From assembly GCF_001194135.2 (NCBI RefSeq), contig NC_068983.1, forward strand, positions 109,500,451-109,564,450: a stretch of 64,000 bases of DNA, in the 5' to 3' direction. Of the stretch, positions 1 to 12,545 are shown in pieces; the first letter of the stretch is position 1, and each line of letters opens with the position of its first letter. The notes beneath the pieces were generated by a model. It searched no databases, was not told the DNA's origin, and saw nothing but the letters and a program-made list of their open reading frames with translations. Position numbers and translations under genes: made by a program. The stretch is from Octopus bimaculoides (taxonomy: Eukaryota).

Positions 1-39
1 ATCATTAGCTAAAGAAAATCAAATATCAAGACTTGATCA

Positions 40-190
40 ACAAGCTGGATTGATATACTATTTCCTGCAGAAGACTGGTGTTAAATGCAAACAACTTAAG
101 AAAGCCACCATGCATATGCTGAAACCAGCTCAAGTTGGTTTGGGCTGACAAGAGAAAACAGATGGAATCCTTCCACAAGTAAAGGATTCC
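40..190 (+). mobile_element. Degenerate C-terminus of an RLE-type (R2/NeSL/HERO-like) non-LTR retrotransposon ORF
   Basis: Manual translation with one frameshift gives AGLIYYFLQKTGVKCKQLKKAT...AETSSSWFGLTRENRW, resembling the LG(V/I)xGxxLxKA...AExxSxWLW terminus of RLE-type elements. Pattern recognition only. Confidence 0.35.
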
Positions 191-394
191 ACATTGCAAT
201 GGATTCAGAAGAAAAGCTTGCAATATATGTAATATATATGATGATTATGATTATGATGATGATGGTAGTCTCTTGTAGTCTGAGAAAGATGGTTCTGCAA
301 TTTTTTGCTCAACAACATACACAGCTGATTTGTTTATAGTGATAAAATATATGTGCTGTACATTAGCTCACACCCTCCATCAAATCAACATTGC

Positions 395-560
395 CCAAAC
401 AATCGCATGGTGCATCAAACGTTAGGTGTTGAAGTGGTCACAGAGTAGTGTGAGATGAAGTATTTTTCTCAAGAATGCAATGCACCACCAGGTCCAGAAA
501 TTGAAACCACAATCTCACGATTGTGAGTGCAATACCCTAACCACTATACCATACACCCTC
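395..560 (-). mobile_element. tRNA-derived SINE, 5' part
   Basis: Reverse complement begins GAGGGTGTATGGTATAGTGGTTAGGG (A-box-like), then GGTTTCAATTTC (B-box-like) and a TTCTTGAGAAAAATAC SINE body. Confidence 0.6.
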
Positions 561-3500
561 ATTATTATATATGTATGTATGCATGTATGAATGAACGAAC
601 AAATGAATGAATGAATGAATGAATGAATGAACATCATGACTGGTTGAGTATCTGTCTAAATGTCATGTAATAAAGCACATTATGCCCTATTAAGTTTAAA
701 TCTAAATACCATATTTACTCACCTTGATGTAGTTACATGTGCTGACTTTAGATATGCTGATATTTACTCATAAATGAAAAAAACAACAAACAAGTGATAA
801 GGCATAGAAAAGATTTGTTCTGTTATCTCACAGAACAAATCTGTTGCATGTCTCCTCATCTGTGTTTTCTTTACCTCATATGTAAACACAGGTACGGCTG
901 AGCAATCAAGAAGTTCACTTTAAAAACACGATTGGGAAAATGACAACTTAAAATTGGTGAAAGAAATTAGGTAGGTCAAAACTGTGTGGAAGCCCACATG
1001 ATGAATTGTATTTGTAATAAAAAAGACTAGCTTTATTATACTGTGTCATGCTGATTCTGCCTGACAATTATATTAAGGGTACAAGTGTTTGTGGAATACT
1101 TGTTCACTTAAACTATAATACAATGTGAAGGCAATTTTGTTGCTCAAACACCTGGAACACTCATTGTCAAAACTGACAAAGGGACCATTTATATTGATGT
1201 CTTATGTATCATATTCTATTCAAATTAAACTAATAATTGTTCATATATAGTGTTTAGTTTGGAAATATATCCTTGTTCGTTACAATAGGAGTGATATTAA
1301 AGAATAAAGAAAATTCCCATGAAGATTATTGAAATGATATAATGTATGAAATGAAATATAATATTTCTATGGCCATTTGTTTTAAAATTAAACTTTAGGT
1401 AATAAAAGATCTGAACCTGTGATAGATTAAATGATAGAGTGACAATAATATGAAAAGAAATTTCTAGAATCTATTCAAGCTGCTTAATTGTTATCAAGCT
1501 TGGAAAGAAAATCAGGTAGAAAGACTTCAGATATGACAAAGACTAATAGAAACTCATTAATGTGCATTTCCTGTCAGCACAGCATAAAGTTGCCAAAGAG
1601 TCTACAGTAGACAAAATGATAACAAATACTAAATTATTGAACAATGGCTAAGTAAATACTTTTCAAAGAATGGAAATTTCAACATATGGAAAAGATGCTT
1701 CACTGAAACCAATTCACTTTATCTCCTGAAACAGCCTATATGACCAAACCATCATGAAAGCAAAAATACATTCTTTCACTCGTGTATGTCTAACACTTTG
1801 CTTCAGTGGTCATATTTAAAATTAACAGTTTGTAGAGACAAAATTGTTTTCACCTGATCTGAGTTCATAGTCATTCTTTTTTTTTAAATAACTATGAATG
1901 GAGGATTTCTTCTTACATTCACAATTGTAGTTTAGTGTGAGACTTTCTTCAGCTCTTCCCTATATTATCATTAAGCTTGATTTTTACATGCTGTAGATGC
2001 TATGCTTGCATTACAAATGCTTCACTGCCATACATCAACATCACTTTAACAAGTGTATTATTATTTCACTTTTCACTTGTAGAAATAGATTCTTTAGTAA
2101 TGATGATCACTCATTATTTTATTTAGTCTTAAAATCACAAAGATATGCTCACAATTTTTCATTCTCTTACCAACAGAATATATGTTCTAAGTAGATATGA
2201 CCTGAACACATCAATTAATATGTAACATATTAAGCCATTTTTATTTCACACTTTCCTTACATATTTTTCCAAAATTATTTGATATATAGTAATAGTTTTC
2301 AGAATATATCAAGACAGCTGTGTTGTGCATCTGATCAAAATACGTAACTTAGTTTGTATTTTACACAAAAATAACTCCCATTATCATTTCACATGAATGT
2401 TTTGCAAATAAAGGATAACCCCATACTGCAGACAATTGCTCCAACAACAAATTATACTAGTCATGCAATAATGTAAAAAAAAGTATGGCTGTAAATTAAT
2501 AAAAGAAAATGAAAAAATATTTCATAGATGCTAGAACATCATTTACATAAATTTTGAAATGTACTGACTGATGTTTATAAATGTTTATGTAAAATTAGTT
2601 TTGAAACTTTCTCAATGCTTTCTATTCTGATGGAATTCTTTATCTGATAGTACTCATTACCTCAGCAGCATAAAACTAATTCAAGTGCAAGTAAGAACCA
2701 GTTTATTAAAATTTGAATATATACTTCATAGCATATATGTAAGTGACTGTAATTATTTCAGTTATATATTACAAATGTTGGATAGTTTATTTCTTATTCT
2801 AAAAGACATAATTATACTACAAGTAACATTTTTGACTTAACTAACGATTTCTACATTTATTTAGTGTTGTCATGATTCTGAATTATAAAAGAAAATTGTA
2901 TTTTATATATAAGTAGAAGATGTTAATTTCAAACTTGTATAATTTTATGTACAAAGTTATGATTACACACTTCATCTAATTAAACAAAATTGATGTGTAT
3001 AGGATTAAAATCGATAGAGACAAAACATCTCTCAGCTTAACTCTTCTACACAAATGGTTAACGAAGGTTAACATATGAAAATATTCAATGCAGGGTTTTA
3101 TAGAAACATGAAAGTGAGACTAAGAATGGGATACAATGAATAATTCTTTGTCAATATGATATTGAACTTTAACATGTTAAAAGTATTGTTCATACCTTTT
3201 ATGAATATTCATTTAGAGTCACAATATGAATAATGAACTCACTATATTAAAGACAGAAATCACAATGTTTTTCACTATGAGCCATTATAGAGAAATAATA
3301 TCTGAAATTTCAATAGACACAAAATATTGATTAGCAAATTTATCATACAACAAAAGTATATCTACCCTGATTTAATACTACTTGAATGGAAAAATTCTAA
3401 AGATTAATCTAATTTACCCATTACATTTTTCATAAATGTACATTGTTTAACAAAGTAAACAGAAAAATTACTTGGAATGTATATATCTACGAATTATTTA

Positions 3501-4231
3501 TATTCTTTTTATATTCTAAACAAGTTGGGAAATTAAAAACTAGCCTCTAAAGAATTATACAAAGTGAATAAGTGACATAAAAGAACTTTGATAGCATTTC
3601 TTTTTTATATCTTTCTCACTTCTAAAATGAGTATACAAGAACATAATATATGAACAGATGAAAATTTTGTTCCATATGATTTTCCTTCATCTCTTTTCTT
3701 TATTACTTGCTTCTTATTTTTCAATTTAGCCTTTCACATTACTTCAAGCTAGTTGTTAGTTTAAGAAATTATAAAACACTTACTCATGTTTATTTTCAAG
3801 TTATTCTGATGGCTTATTTCTAAGTTTCTAAAATATTTTTATCTCTACAAAACTTTTTTTAAAGTGCTTTTGAAAATGCTTTGTAATATTTTTAATCATT
3901 GAATCACAAAGTTTATTTTCTCTTTTGTTATTTGTAGACATAAACTTTTGGTAATTTCATTTAGTGTATTAATATCTTGTGGCAGTTTTCTGTCAGTTAC
4001 CAGAAAATTATTTTATCAAATATAATTAGACATATTAACTATGGATTGTCATTTCTATGAACTGAAAGAAATCTGTTTAATTTACAATGCATTAATTTAT
4101 CAGTGATATTTGATTTTCTGTTTTATTTTGTTTCTGTAAAATACAATTCATGTTGACAAAAGTTATTCTTAATAGATAGCTTCTTACATTATAAAAATAG
4201 ATCAATACATGTTATTTGGAAACAAAGTATA

Positions 4232-4960
4232 CATCATCGTCATCATTATGATCATTATCAATTAATGTCCATTTTCCATTCTGGCATGGGTTGGATGTTT
4301 TGACAGGAGCTGGTATACCAGAGAGCTGCACCAGGCTCCAGTCGTCTGTTTTGGCATGGTTTTTATGGCTGGATGCCCTTCCTAATGCCAACCACTTTAT
4401 AGAGTGTACTGGGTGCTTTTCATGTGGCATCAGCACAGGTTCTTTTTACATGTCACCAATACAGGCACTTTTTATGCAGTACCAGCATGGGTGCTTTATA
4501 CGTAGTGTGGCTATGATTTTACTTAGCTTGATATGGTCTTCTCAAGCACAGCAAATCACCAGAAGTTTTGGTCCCTTGTCATCTCCTCTGTGAGGTTCAA
4601 TCTCAGAGGTTCATCTCCTCTGTGAGGTTCAATCTAACCTCTTCATCCCACATCTTCCTGGGTCTACCCCTTCCACACATTTCTTCTACAACTAGAAATC
4701 AGCATTTCTTTATGCAGCTGTTCTCATTCATATGCATCACATGACCATACCAGCATAGTCTTTTCTCTTGCACACTACATTTGACACCTCACATACCCAT
4801 TTGTTTTTAAAAAGAATCATTTACACTCTGTTGTACATGCACACTGACATTACCCACCCTGTGGAGCATGCTGGCTTCATTTCTTTCAAGCTTTTGCAAG
4901 TCCTCTGTGGTCACAGCCCATGTTTCATTGCCATATAACATAGCTACAATGATCTTTATA
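4232..4960 (-). mobile_element. RTE-clade LINE 3' fragment with (GAT)n tail
   Basis: Minus-strand AMLYGNETWAVTTEDLQKLERNEASML and VQEKRLCWYGHV match the RTE post-RT region; ends in a GAT-rich tail at ~4232-4260. Confidence 0.8.
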
Positions 4961-6369
4961 TTACATTTGCTTGGACATTGTAAACTAATTACATAAAACA
5001 ATGAATCTTCATATAATATATAGACTTGCAGTTCATATTCATTTAGCATTACATAGAAAATTTCAATTTCTAAAACACTTTATCAAAATACTTGATTCTT
5101 TTACTGAGGCATGGTAATTGAGGGTATTTAGTAAAATATATTGATAAAAAGTTGGAAACAGAAGTCATTCTTTCAGTCTCTGTATGTATTTGAAACTTCA
5201 ACTTACACTTTCAGTTAGTCTTTGTAATGATGTTTGATGTCAGCTAAAGACTTACACATGTAGATTGAAATGAAATATTTACATGTGAAAATCATCAAAG
5301 AAATTATAACTTTTTGCATTTGTAAGAAAAAATAACTTTGTAAATACTTACTAAAAACACAAAATGAAAACTAAATTAGAAAGTGATGTTATAATAATGG
5401 AAAATTCTTTAAAATAGAAAGAATTAAAATTCCTTATAAATGATCATTAGACTGAACTGTAATAAACATATATATATATATGCTTAGTTTTCAAAGAAAT
5501 AGCTTCATGTAGATTTGGTCTGTTCACATCACTTAGATTAACTTTGGGCATAAGTTAATTCCACCCTCTCTATACCAATGTCTGGAAATGAAAAGACACT
5601 GAAGTTAAAAATTCCATCCCCACCATAACTTGAAATCTTGTGAATGAGCACCTCATACAACAATGGAATGAGGTGACGTGCTTTATATGTCAGTCTGAGA
5701 AGTTCTATTTTCTAACATACAAATTACCCTAGACCTCTGAAGCTAAAAATTTGACACACTTGTCTATACACATCAGCACTGAAAGTGGTTGGAACTAAAG
5801 TTAAGACACTGAGACTGAAGAGCATCTGGCCTGATCACAAAAAAATTACTTCTACTTTCTCTTTTAAAACTCTGGAGTCCATTAGGAAAACAACAAGAGA
5901 AAAGAAAAATGTTGATTTACACTATGCAGCAATGCAATAAGATACCACTTTCATACAAGATATAAAGTTTTCCTGGAATTTACAAAACACAGTCAATAAT
6001 GTACTTTAAAATGATGACCTTAACAAAATATGTATTCATGAGATAATTATCAGGAAGTAATTCACGCAAGATGACAAGTCAAAACGATGTTCTATACAGC
6101 TTTATATACTGAGTTAGAGCATGGGCAACAAGTTACCAGTGATTGACAAAGACAAGAAATTGTGGAAGAATTAGCTTAATCACTAAAATGACACAACATA
6201 ATGAAGCTGGAAGAATACAGCTAATTTGGAAAGTATTTTTTAAATCACTAATAGAAAAACAAAATAAACCTCATTTGTGACAAAATATCCCACTGAGAAT
6301 AATATAATAACGAATTCACTTTACTTTGGAAAATAATCAAATTTTCCTACAGCTACCAACAACTTAGAA

Positions 6370-6720
6370 TCAATTAGTGATCTACCCCGTTCACAACAAA
6401 TATCCCCTGAATCAATCAGTGCAAAAATCTTCAATTCAGTGCTTTTCACAATATTAATAACAAGAATTGAGGAATTCATTTTAGGTTTTCAGATTGGCTT
6501 CAGGCCAAATATAACTATCATCAAGAATATTCAGTGATGTCTGCTTTTCAAGACAACACAATCTTATGATAACACTGAGAGACTTTTTCAAGGAATTTGA
6601 CTCTGTAAACAATCAAAATATCCTATATGAAGTATCTAACTCACAGATTAATGTCATAACTTTAAAACAGCATTAGATATGCTGTTTTAAATCTTTTTGA
6701 AATTAACCTTCACTAATAAT
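6370..6720 (+). mobile_element. Degenerate non-LTR reverse transcriptase fragment (RTE-like)
   Basis: ISPESISAKIFNSVL...RIEEFILGFQIGFRPN and DFFKEFDSVN correspond to RT motifs ISLxSxxAKxxN, QxGFR and DFxKAFDSV; stops and frameshifts present. Confidence 0.55.
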
Positions 6721-6849
6721 CCTGAAATTTTATCCCTTGGGAAGTTCAAAGACAACTAAAAAATTTCACTCCATTACTTCAACAAATGTAGAACTGAAGT
6801 TAAAAAACTTATAAAATCAAAGTAATAACATGAATTCCTCAGTCATACA

Positions 6850-6908
6850 TACATACATACATATGTATGTATGCCTATATATCTATCTACGTATCTATCT
6901 ATCTATAT

Positions 6909-6953
<45 letters not shown>

Positions 6954-7274
6954 NNNNNNNNNNNNNNNNNNNNNNNNNNNNNNNNNNNNNNNNNNNNNNN
7001 NNNNNNNNNNNNNNNNNNNNNNNNNNNNNNNNNNNNNNNNNNNNNNNNNNNNNNNNNNNNNNNNNNNNNNNNNNNNNNNNNNNNNNNNNNNNNNNNNNNN
7101 NNNNNNNNNNNNNNNNNNNNNNNNNNNNNNNNNNNNNNNNNNNNNNNNNNNNNNNNNNNNNNNNNNNNNNNNNNNNNNNNNNNNNNNNNNNNNNNNNNNN
7201 NNNNNNNNNNNNNNNNNNNNNNNNNNNNNNNNNNNNNNNNNNNNNNNNNNNNNNATATATATATATATATATAT
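6850..7274. repeat. (TA)n / (CATA)n microsatellite spanning an assembly gap (N 6954-7254)
   Basis: Seen directly. Confidence 0.95.
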
Positions 7275-7336
7275 AAATGTACTGTTCTGTGATGGGAAAT
7301 TCAACAAAACAAGTACTCCGTATGGTGAAAGATAAA

Positions 7337-7550
7337 TATTATTTATTTAAAGAGTACAATACATGTATTTAAGTGCTACTAATAGTTTTATATGCTGAGA
7401 AATACTCTAACATATTCTTCAGTTGCAAACCACACATCATATCTTTACGATATGTGGTTTGCACCTGAAGAATATGTTTGAGTATTTCTCAACATATAAA
7501 ACTATTAGTAGCACTTAAATACATGTATTGTCATTTAAATAAATAAATAT
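7337..7550. repeat. Long near-perfect palindrome (fold-back element), ~100-bp arms, 5-nt loop TTTAC at 7444-7448
   Basis: Left arm ACAATACATGTATTTAAGTGCTACTAATAGTTTTATATGCTGAGAAATACTC...GCAAACCAC is the reverse complement of the right arm with about 3-4 mismatches plus small indels. Confidence 0.9.
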
Positions 7551-9042
7551 GTATATTGTACTATAGAGCATATACATAGATTTATTAGTCAACACTGTTG
7601 TTACATCGATTGCAATCAGTATATCTACAATATGTTGAAGGAAAGAAAATTAAGGAACATCTGTACAGATATTTCAGTTCCTGTACAAATCCTTGTTAGA
7701 AACTGCATTCAACCTTTTGTAAACCATAAACACATTGCATATGTATTACTAATATTTGGAGTTAAGAAAACTAAAACGGCCAATTTGCATATTTAATGCA
7801 TGGTTGGTGCATTCTTTATACTAATAGTTACACATAATATTGACTAATAAATCAGTAGATATGTTCTATGATACATTATAGCAATGAAACAAAACATTGT
7901 TAACACAATGCAGGCACTTTATTGAGGTTCAAACCTGACATTTGGAATTTATTAAGAGCTGATTTGTTATTTTTTGTGATGGATCATTATCATTGTTGTA
8001 AAAGCTGAGTAACATATGCTGAATTTCCTTCTCAAACATGAAAGTATTGCAGAACTATTGGAAACATATTGCTGCACCTTTATTTAAAGCACCAGTTTGG
8101 CAACAGAAAAAAAAACCCTTGTTCTTTAATACATTCTACTTGCTTTAGCCCAGAATATTTTCATGCATCTTTATCCTTAGTTTTCTAACATGCTGCATTT
8201 TCACTAACAATAAGATACCATATTTCTTTGTCAAATTTTTCCCCAAAATCAACAGTTCTGTATGACTACACTTTGTACACTTTATATGATACACTTTATA
8301 CAGTTTCGTGACCAAAATTTTATCATCCTGAATTGTTCGAGCTAGTGAGAAAATCTTGACGATGATAATATACGAGTAACATGAGTGTTAACTTTTTTTA
8401 CTTGTTGCCGAAAGGAACTTGGATCCGTATTGCCAATTTTCATATAATAACAACATACTGCACAAAAGTCATGAGTTATATTTGTTACTTTTAGCAATAA
8501 ATCTAAATTCTTTGGCCATTTGTGCTAAAATGTTTTTTTTTTCCTTCAGTATTCCTTTCGGGATTTGAATAGACACGAAAAGCAAAAATAAATCTATGAC
8601 TTTTTACAGTAGTCTCATGAATGTTGACAGTGTGTATTGTTCAATGTGGATAGGCAAATGGCTGCAGGTTTAAAAATGAGGGGAAAAAAGGGCAAAAACA
8701 ATATGACATTGTATCTTTGAGCTTATATGTATTATTGCCTGTTGGCAGTATCTGTTTCATGTCTAAATTCTTTACGAACTTTGATAAGATCATCACTGTT
8801 GTCAGCATATCTAACGTAATTTTAATCAAAGATTTTAATAAGATCAAAAAAACAAAAGCTTGTTTTAATAAATAATAATAAATAATTTTGTACGCAACAC
8901 ATTTATATTGAACCCTTTCCAGTAATTGTGAATAACAGAAAGAGCTGAAGATGGTGTTAGAGGAAACACCTTTGCAAGAATGCATATTTTCAACATATGG
9001 TTATGCTGCTAGTTCTACTACATCATTTATTTTATGGATATA

Positions 9043-10260
9043 TCAGGTTGAGTAAAAAGTAAGCAACGTTGAGAAATTTGTACCAGAGTTTTGAAGTTTT
9101 TTAAACATTTTTTTGCCATACAAACATAGACTTTCCCAAATGCATCAATAAATCAACATTGATATTCTTTCCACCATTGTTACATCATCTGGAATGGAAC
9201 TGTCAAAGTGTGATATTCAAGCAATTTTGCTATTCAACTTCAAAAAAGGACGTAATGAAACTGAAACTGCTTACAATATCAACGAAACGTTTAGTGAGGA
9301 AATGACCAGTGAGTGGTCAGCTCGAAAATTGTTTAAGCAATTTTGCAGTGGAGACCTGAGCTTTGAAGATTTTGAGTATATTTGACACCCATCTGTCATT
9401 CATGACGGTCAATTAAAGACCGTCATTGAGAAAGATCCACATAAAACCACTTGAGAGTGGGAAAAAGAACTTCAAGTAAGCCAGAAAACGGCCTGCGACC
9501 ATTTGCATGTGATCAGAAAATCAAAAAAGCTCGACAAATAGGTACCACATGATTTGAATGAAAATCAGAAAATGCACAGATATGAAATTTGCTCATCACT
9601 TCTCTGTAACCAGACCGATACATTTCTCGTCTGTATTGTAACTTCCAATGAAAAGCAGATTCTGTACAATAATAAAAAAACGTTCTTCGCAATGGTTGGA
9701 CCAAAATGAAGCACCAAAAACCTTCCCTAAATCTGAGCTCTTCAAAAAGAAGGTTATGGTGACTGTTCAGTAGTGTACTGCTGGACACAGCCATTATAAC
9801 CTCTTAAAACCCAGAAAAACCATTACTGCAGAAACATATTGCCATGAAATTGCCAAAATGGAAGAAAAACTGCTACTCCTCCATTCCAGACTCATCAACA
9901 GAAGAGGGCCAATCATTCTTCAAGACAGTGCTCAACCACATGTTTCACTTATGATGCTCGAGAAGTCGAGGGAACATGGCTACAAAGTTCTTCCCCACCC
10001 AGCTTATTCCCCAGACCTTTCTCCTACCGACTACCACTTATTCAAGCACTTTGATGGTTTCCTGCAAGAGAAGGAGTTCAAGATGCTGAAAGTGCATTTA
10101 AAGAGTTCATCAGCTTCAGAATAAATAAACTTGTAATTTATTGGCAAAAATATGTTGATTGTAATGGAACTTACTTGGATGGATAAAATTTCCACAACGT
10201 TGAAATATATTGTGATGAATTTCATGTTTCAAAACGTTGCTTACGTTTTACTCAACCTGA
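9043..10260 (+). mobile_element. Full-length defective mariner transposon (Hsmar1/cecropia-like)
   Basis: TIRs TCAGGTTGAGTAAAAAGTAAGCAACGTT (9043) and AACGTTGCTTACGTTTTACTCAACCTGA (to 10260), TA on both sides, transposase motifs inside. Confidence 0.95.
9194..10124 (+). pseudogene. Mariner transposase pseudogene
   Basis: MELSKCDIQAILLFNFKKG (HTH), xVPHDL, IILQDSAQPH and HPAYSPDLSPTDYHLF motifs, interrupted by stops and frameshifts. Confidence 0.9.
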
Positions 10261-12399
10261 TATATGTGTACAAAAACCTTAGCAAACATGTTCAGCAGAG
10301 GCTTAAAGAGATTTCTGAAGAAATGTAATTTTTGTTGCCTAAGTCGAAAAACTTGCTCCAAAGTGGGGTAAACTACAATAAACTATGAGGCATCCTGGAG
10401 CACGTCAGTAATTAGTGGGTCAAACTAAGAATTAAGTTGATATCATTTCAATTTTCAATTCTAATTCAGAGTTTTATAAAGAAACTTCAATTAGGTACGA
10501 CTGATTGTCAATTTTATTTGTCATCTATAAGCTTTATTAATTCGCTGCATGTCTTTGTATTCATTTTGGCTAATAGATTAACAAGAAACACGAGTTTCTA
10601 CAAACGATGCCATGTTCTTTCTTACTGTAGTAAGAAACCATCAGAATATATTGTTCCCACATTCTTTCATACATATCTTAGCACCATCTAACATTGTGAA
10701 TGAGGAGAACAAAAATCTTTGCTCAAAATAGGTTTCAAAATTTTGTTTGTGATCTCATCAACCTGAGCATCATAATAACACACCTTTTCATTCCCTAGAA
10801 AATGATCAAGAATCTCTTTTCTCTGCATTTGAAGTGTCTCCATACTCTATTTCTCATATTTCTTTTTAAAATGATGCAACCAAGCTTTGCAAGTTCATTT
10901 CTTCATGCAAAACTAGGGTATTTTCAGGCAAATCAAGTCTCATTTTCAAATGCCAAACTTCTAACCTCCTTTTGAATTTCGTTATGGCTACTGCATGTGC
11001 TAGTGAGCTTTTGGGAGGGGTTAGTTTAGACATGTTACAATTAACTCTTGTTATCAGGTTCCAATTAGTTCCAAGCAGTAATGACTTCACTATACAGAAT
11101 GTGAAAAGGTAATTTATCAATCGTCCAACATGGCTGAATAGGAAAGTGTAGAGTGAACTCTTTATTACCAAAGGTATGAAGCTACCAGATCCAGTTTATG
11201 AGTCTGTGTGGTGTTGTTAAACATGGGAACAAAACTTCTGAATGAAAAAGACAAGGTCAATGAAACAGAACCAAAACAAAGGTGGTTCAGCACAACAGTT
11301 ACGTTTCTTAGATTGATTTTTTTCTCTTCAGTCATTGAACTGCATTTCTACATTCAAGTGGCAATTGTCCACTCCAATTTGTTTACAAATGTGATTGTAG
11401 GATGAAAAGTAGGTAAGGATGAGATTGAGAGGGAGAGGAAGACAGAAAATGAGAGAAGAGATGGTGGTAAGTTTTTAAAGGGAGTGTGTGGTCATGTATA
11501 CGAATGGATGTGTGTAAATGTTAAGTGCTGAGAGAAATAAGCTGCATTTTTATGGTTAGAGAACAGCTAATGATGGGAGAGCATTGCTTTACTGTTAACA
11601 TGGAACTAACCAGTTAGCTGAGATATATTTCTGTTTGTGAGGACAAGGGGATACCATCTTGCACTGTGTGTGTGTATTAATGGTAATGAACAGAAGTGAA
11701 AGTACAGAATGTTGGAATAGTGTATAAATACTTTAATTCAGCTAGACTAAACCTAAACTGGCTAAAACTCTAACTATCTTGAAGTGTGACGACATTTATG
11801 TTATATTTAAATCATCCAGTTAGCTATTTAGGTTGAAGACATACAATAAACAAACACTATGGTGAATAGAATATTAACTTCCAATTGGTCGCCTTTACTT
11901 GCTGCTAAAATGAGGAAAGCAGAATCACTTTGATGTAGAAATATAAATATAATGTAATGTAAATAATATTGAAATCAAATTAAGGTGAATGATTAGATGG
12001 AAGAAATAACTTGAACATGGTCAGTGACTTTGCCAGCACTTAGCACATCCTAATGCATTCTTTCACACCTTCATCTTATTAAGTTTATATGCGTGATTTC
12101 TACATCTCTCAATACATGAGTATGTGTATTCTTGCATGCTCAGAGTGCATGTTTATCAAGAAGTGCAATTGTGGGTAATGAGTGGGTGAATAAAGGAATT
12201 AATGAATAATTATGGATAAGTAAATAAATAATTGATGAATGATGGATAAGTAGAGTGATGGTTGGATAGATAAGGAAATTATATGAACCATGTTCACTTG
12301 GATGCACTCGCTTTTGAGATATATTCGCTTTGCACATTCATATTCATGAACATGGGCATGGATTGTCTTCTTGTTGGTAACTCTGCTTTATTTGCATAA

Positions 12400-12449
12400 G
12401 TGTGTATGTATGTATGTGTATAAATATATACATAAATATAAATGTATGT

Positions 12450-12512
<63 letters not shown>

Positions 12513-12545
12513 CATATACATACATACACATATACATACGCACTT
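12400..12545. repeat. Compound (TA)n/(CA)n/(TATG)n microsatellite
   Basis: Seen directly; source of several spurious YI/TH ORFs. Confidence 0.9.

Noticed and set aside
723-756. Minus-strand 34-nt candidate exon with AAG|GTGAGT donor (ISKVSTCNYIK)
   Set aside because: Too short, weak acceptor, no recognisable product; similar candidates occur on both strands.
1080-1215. Coding-like stretch IQCEGNFVAQTPGTLIVKTDKGTIYIDVL
   Set aside because: In-frame TAA just upstream with no acceptor between; no family recognised.
4573-4636. ~33-bp tandem duplication inside the RTE fragment
   Set aside because: Ordinary slippage in a dead element.
8641-8985. 114-aa minus-strand ORF
   Set aside because: Low-complexity hydrophobic composition typical of AT-rich non-coding DNA; only a shifted sub-frame looks coding.
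10860-11700. Possible CR1/L2 3' relic on the minus strand
   Set aside because: Only one vague motif (AVAITKFKRRLEVWH); not enough to call.
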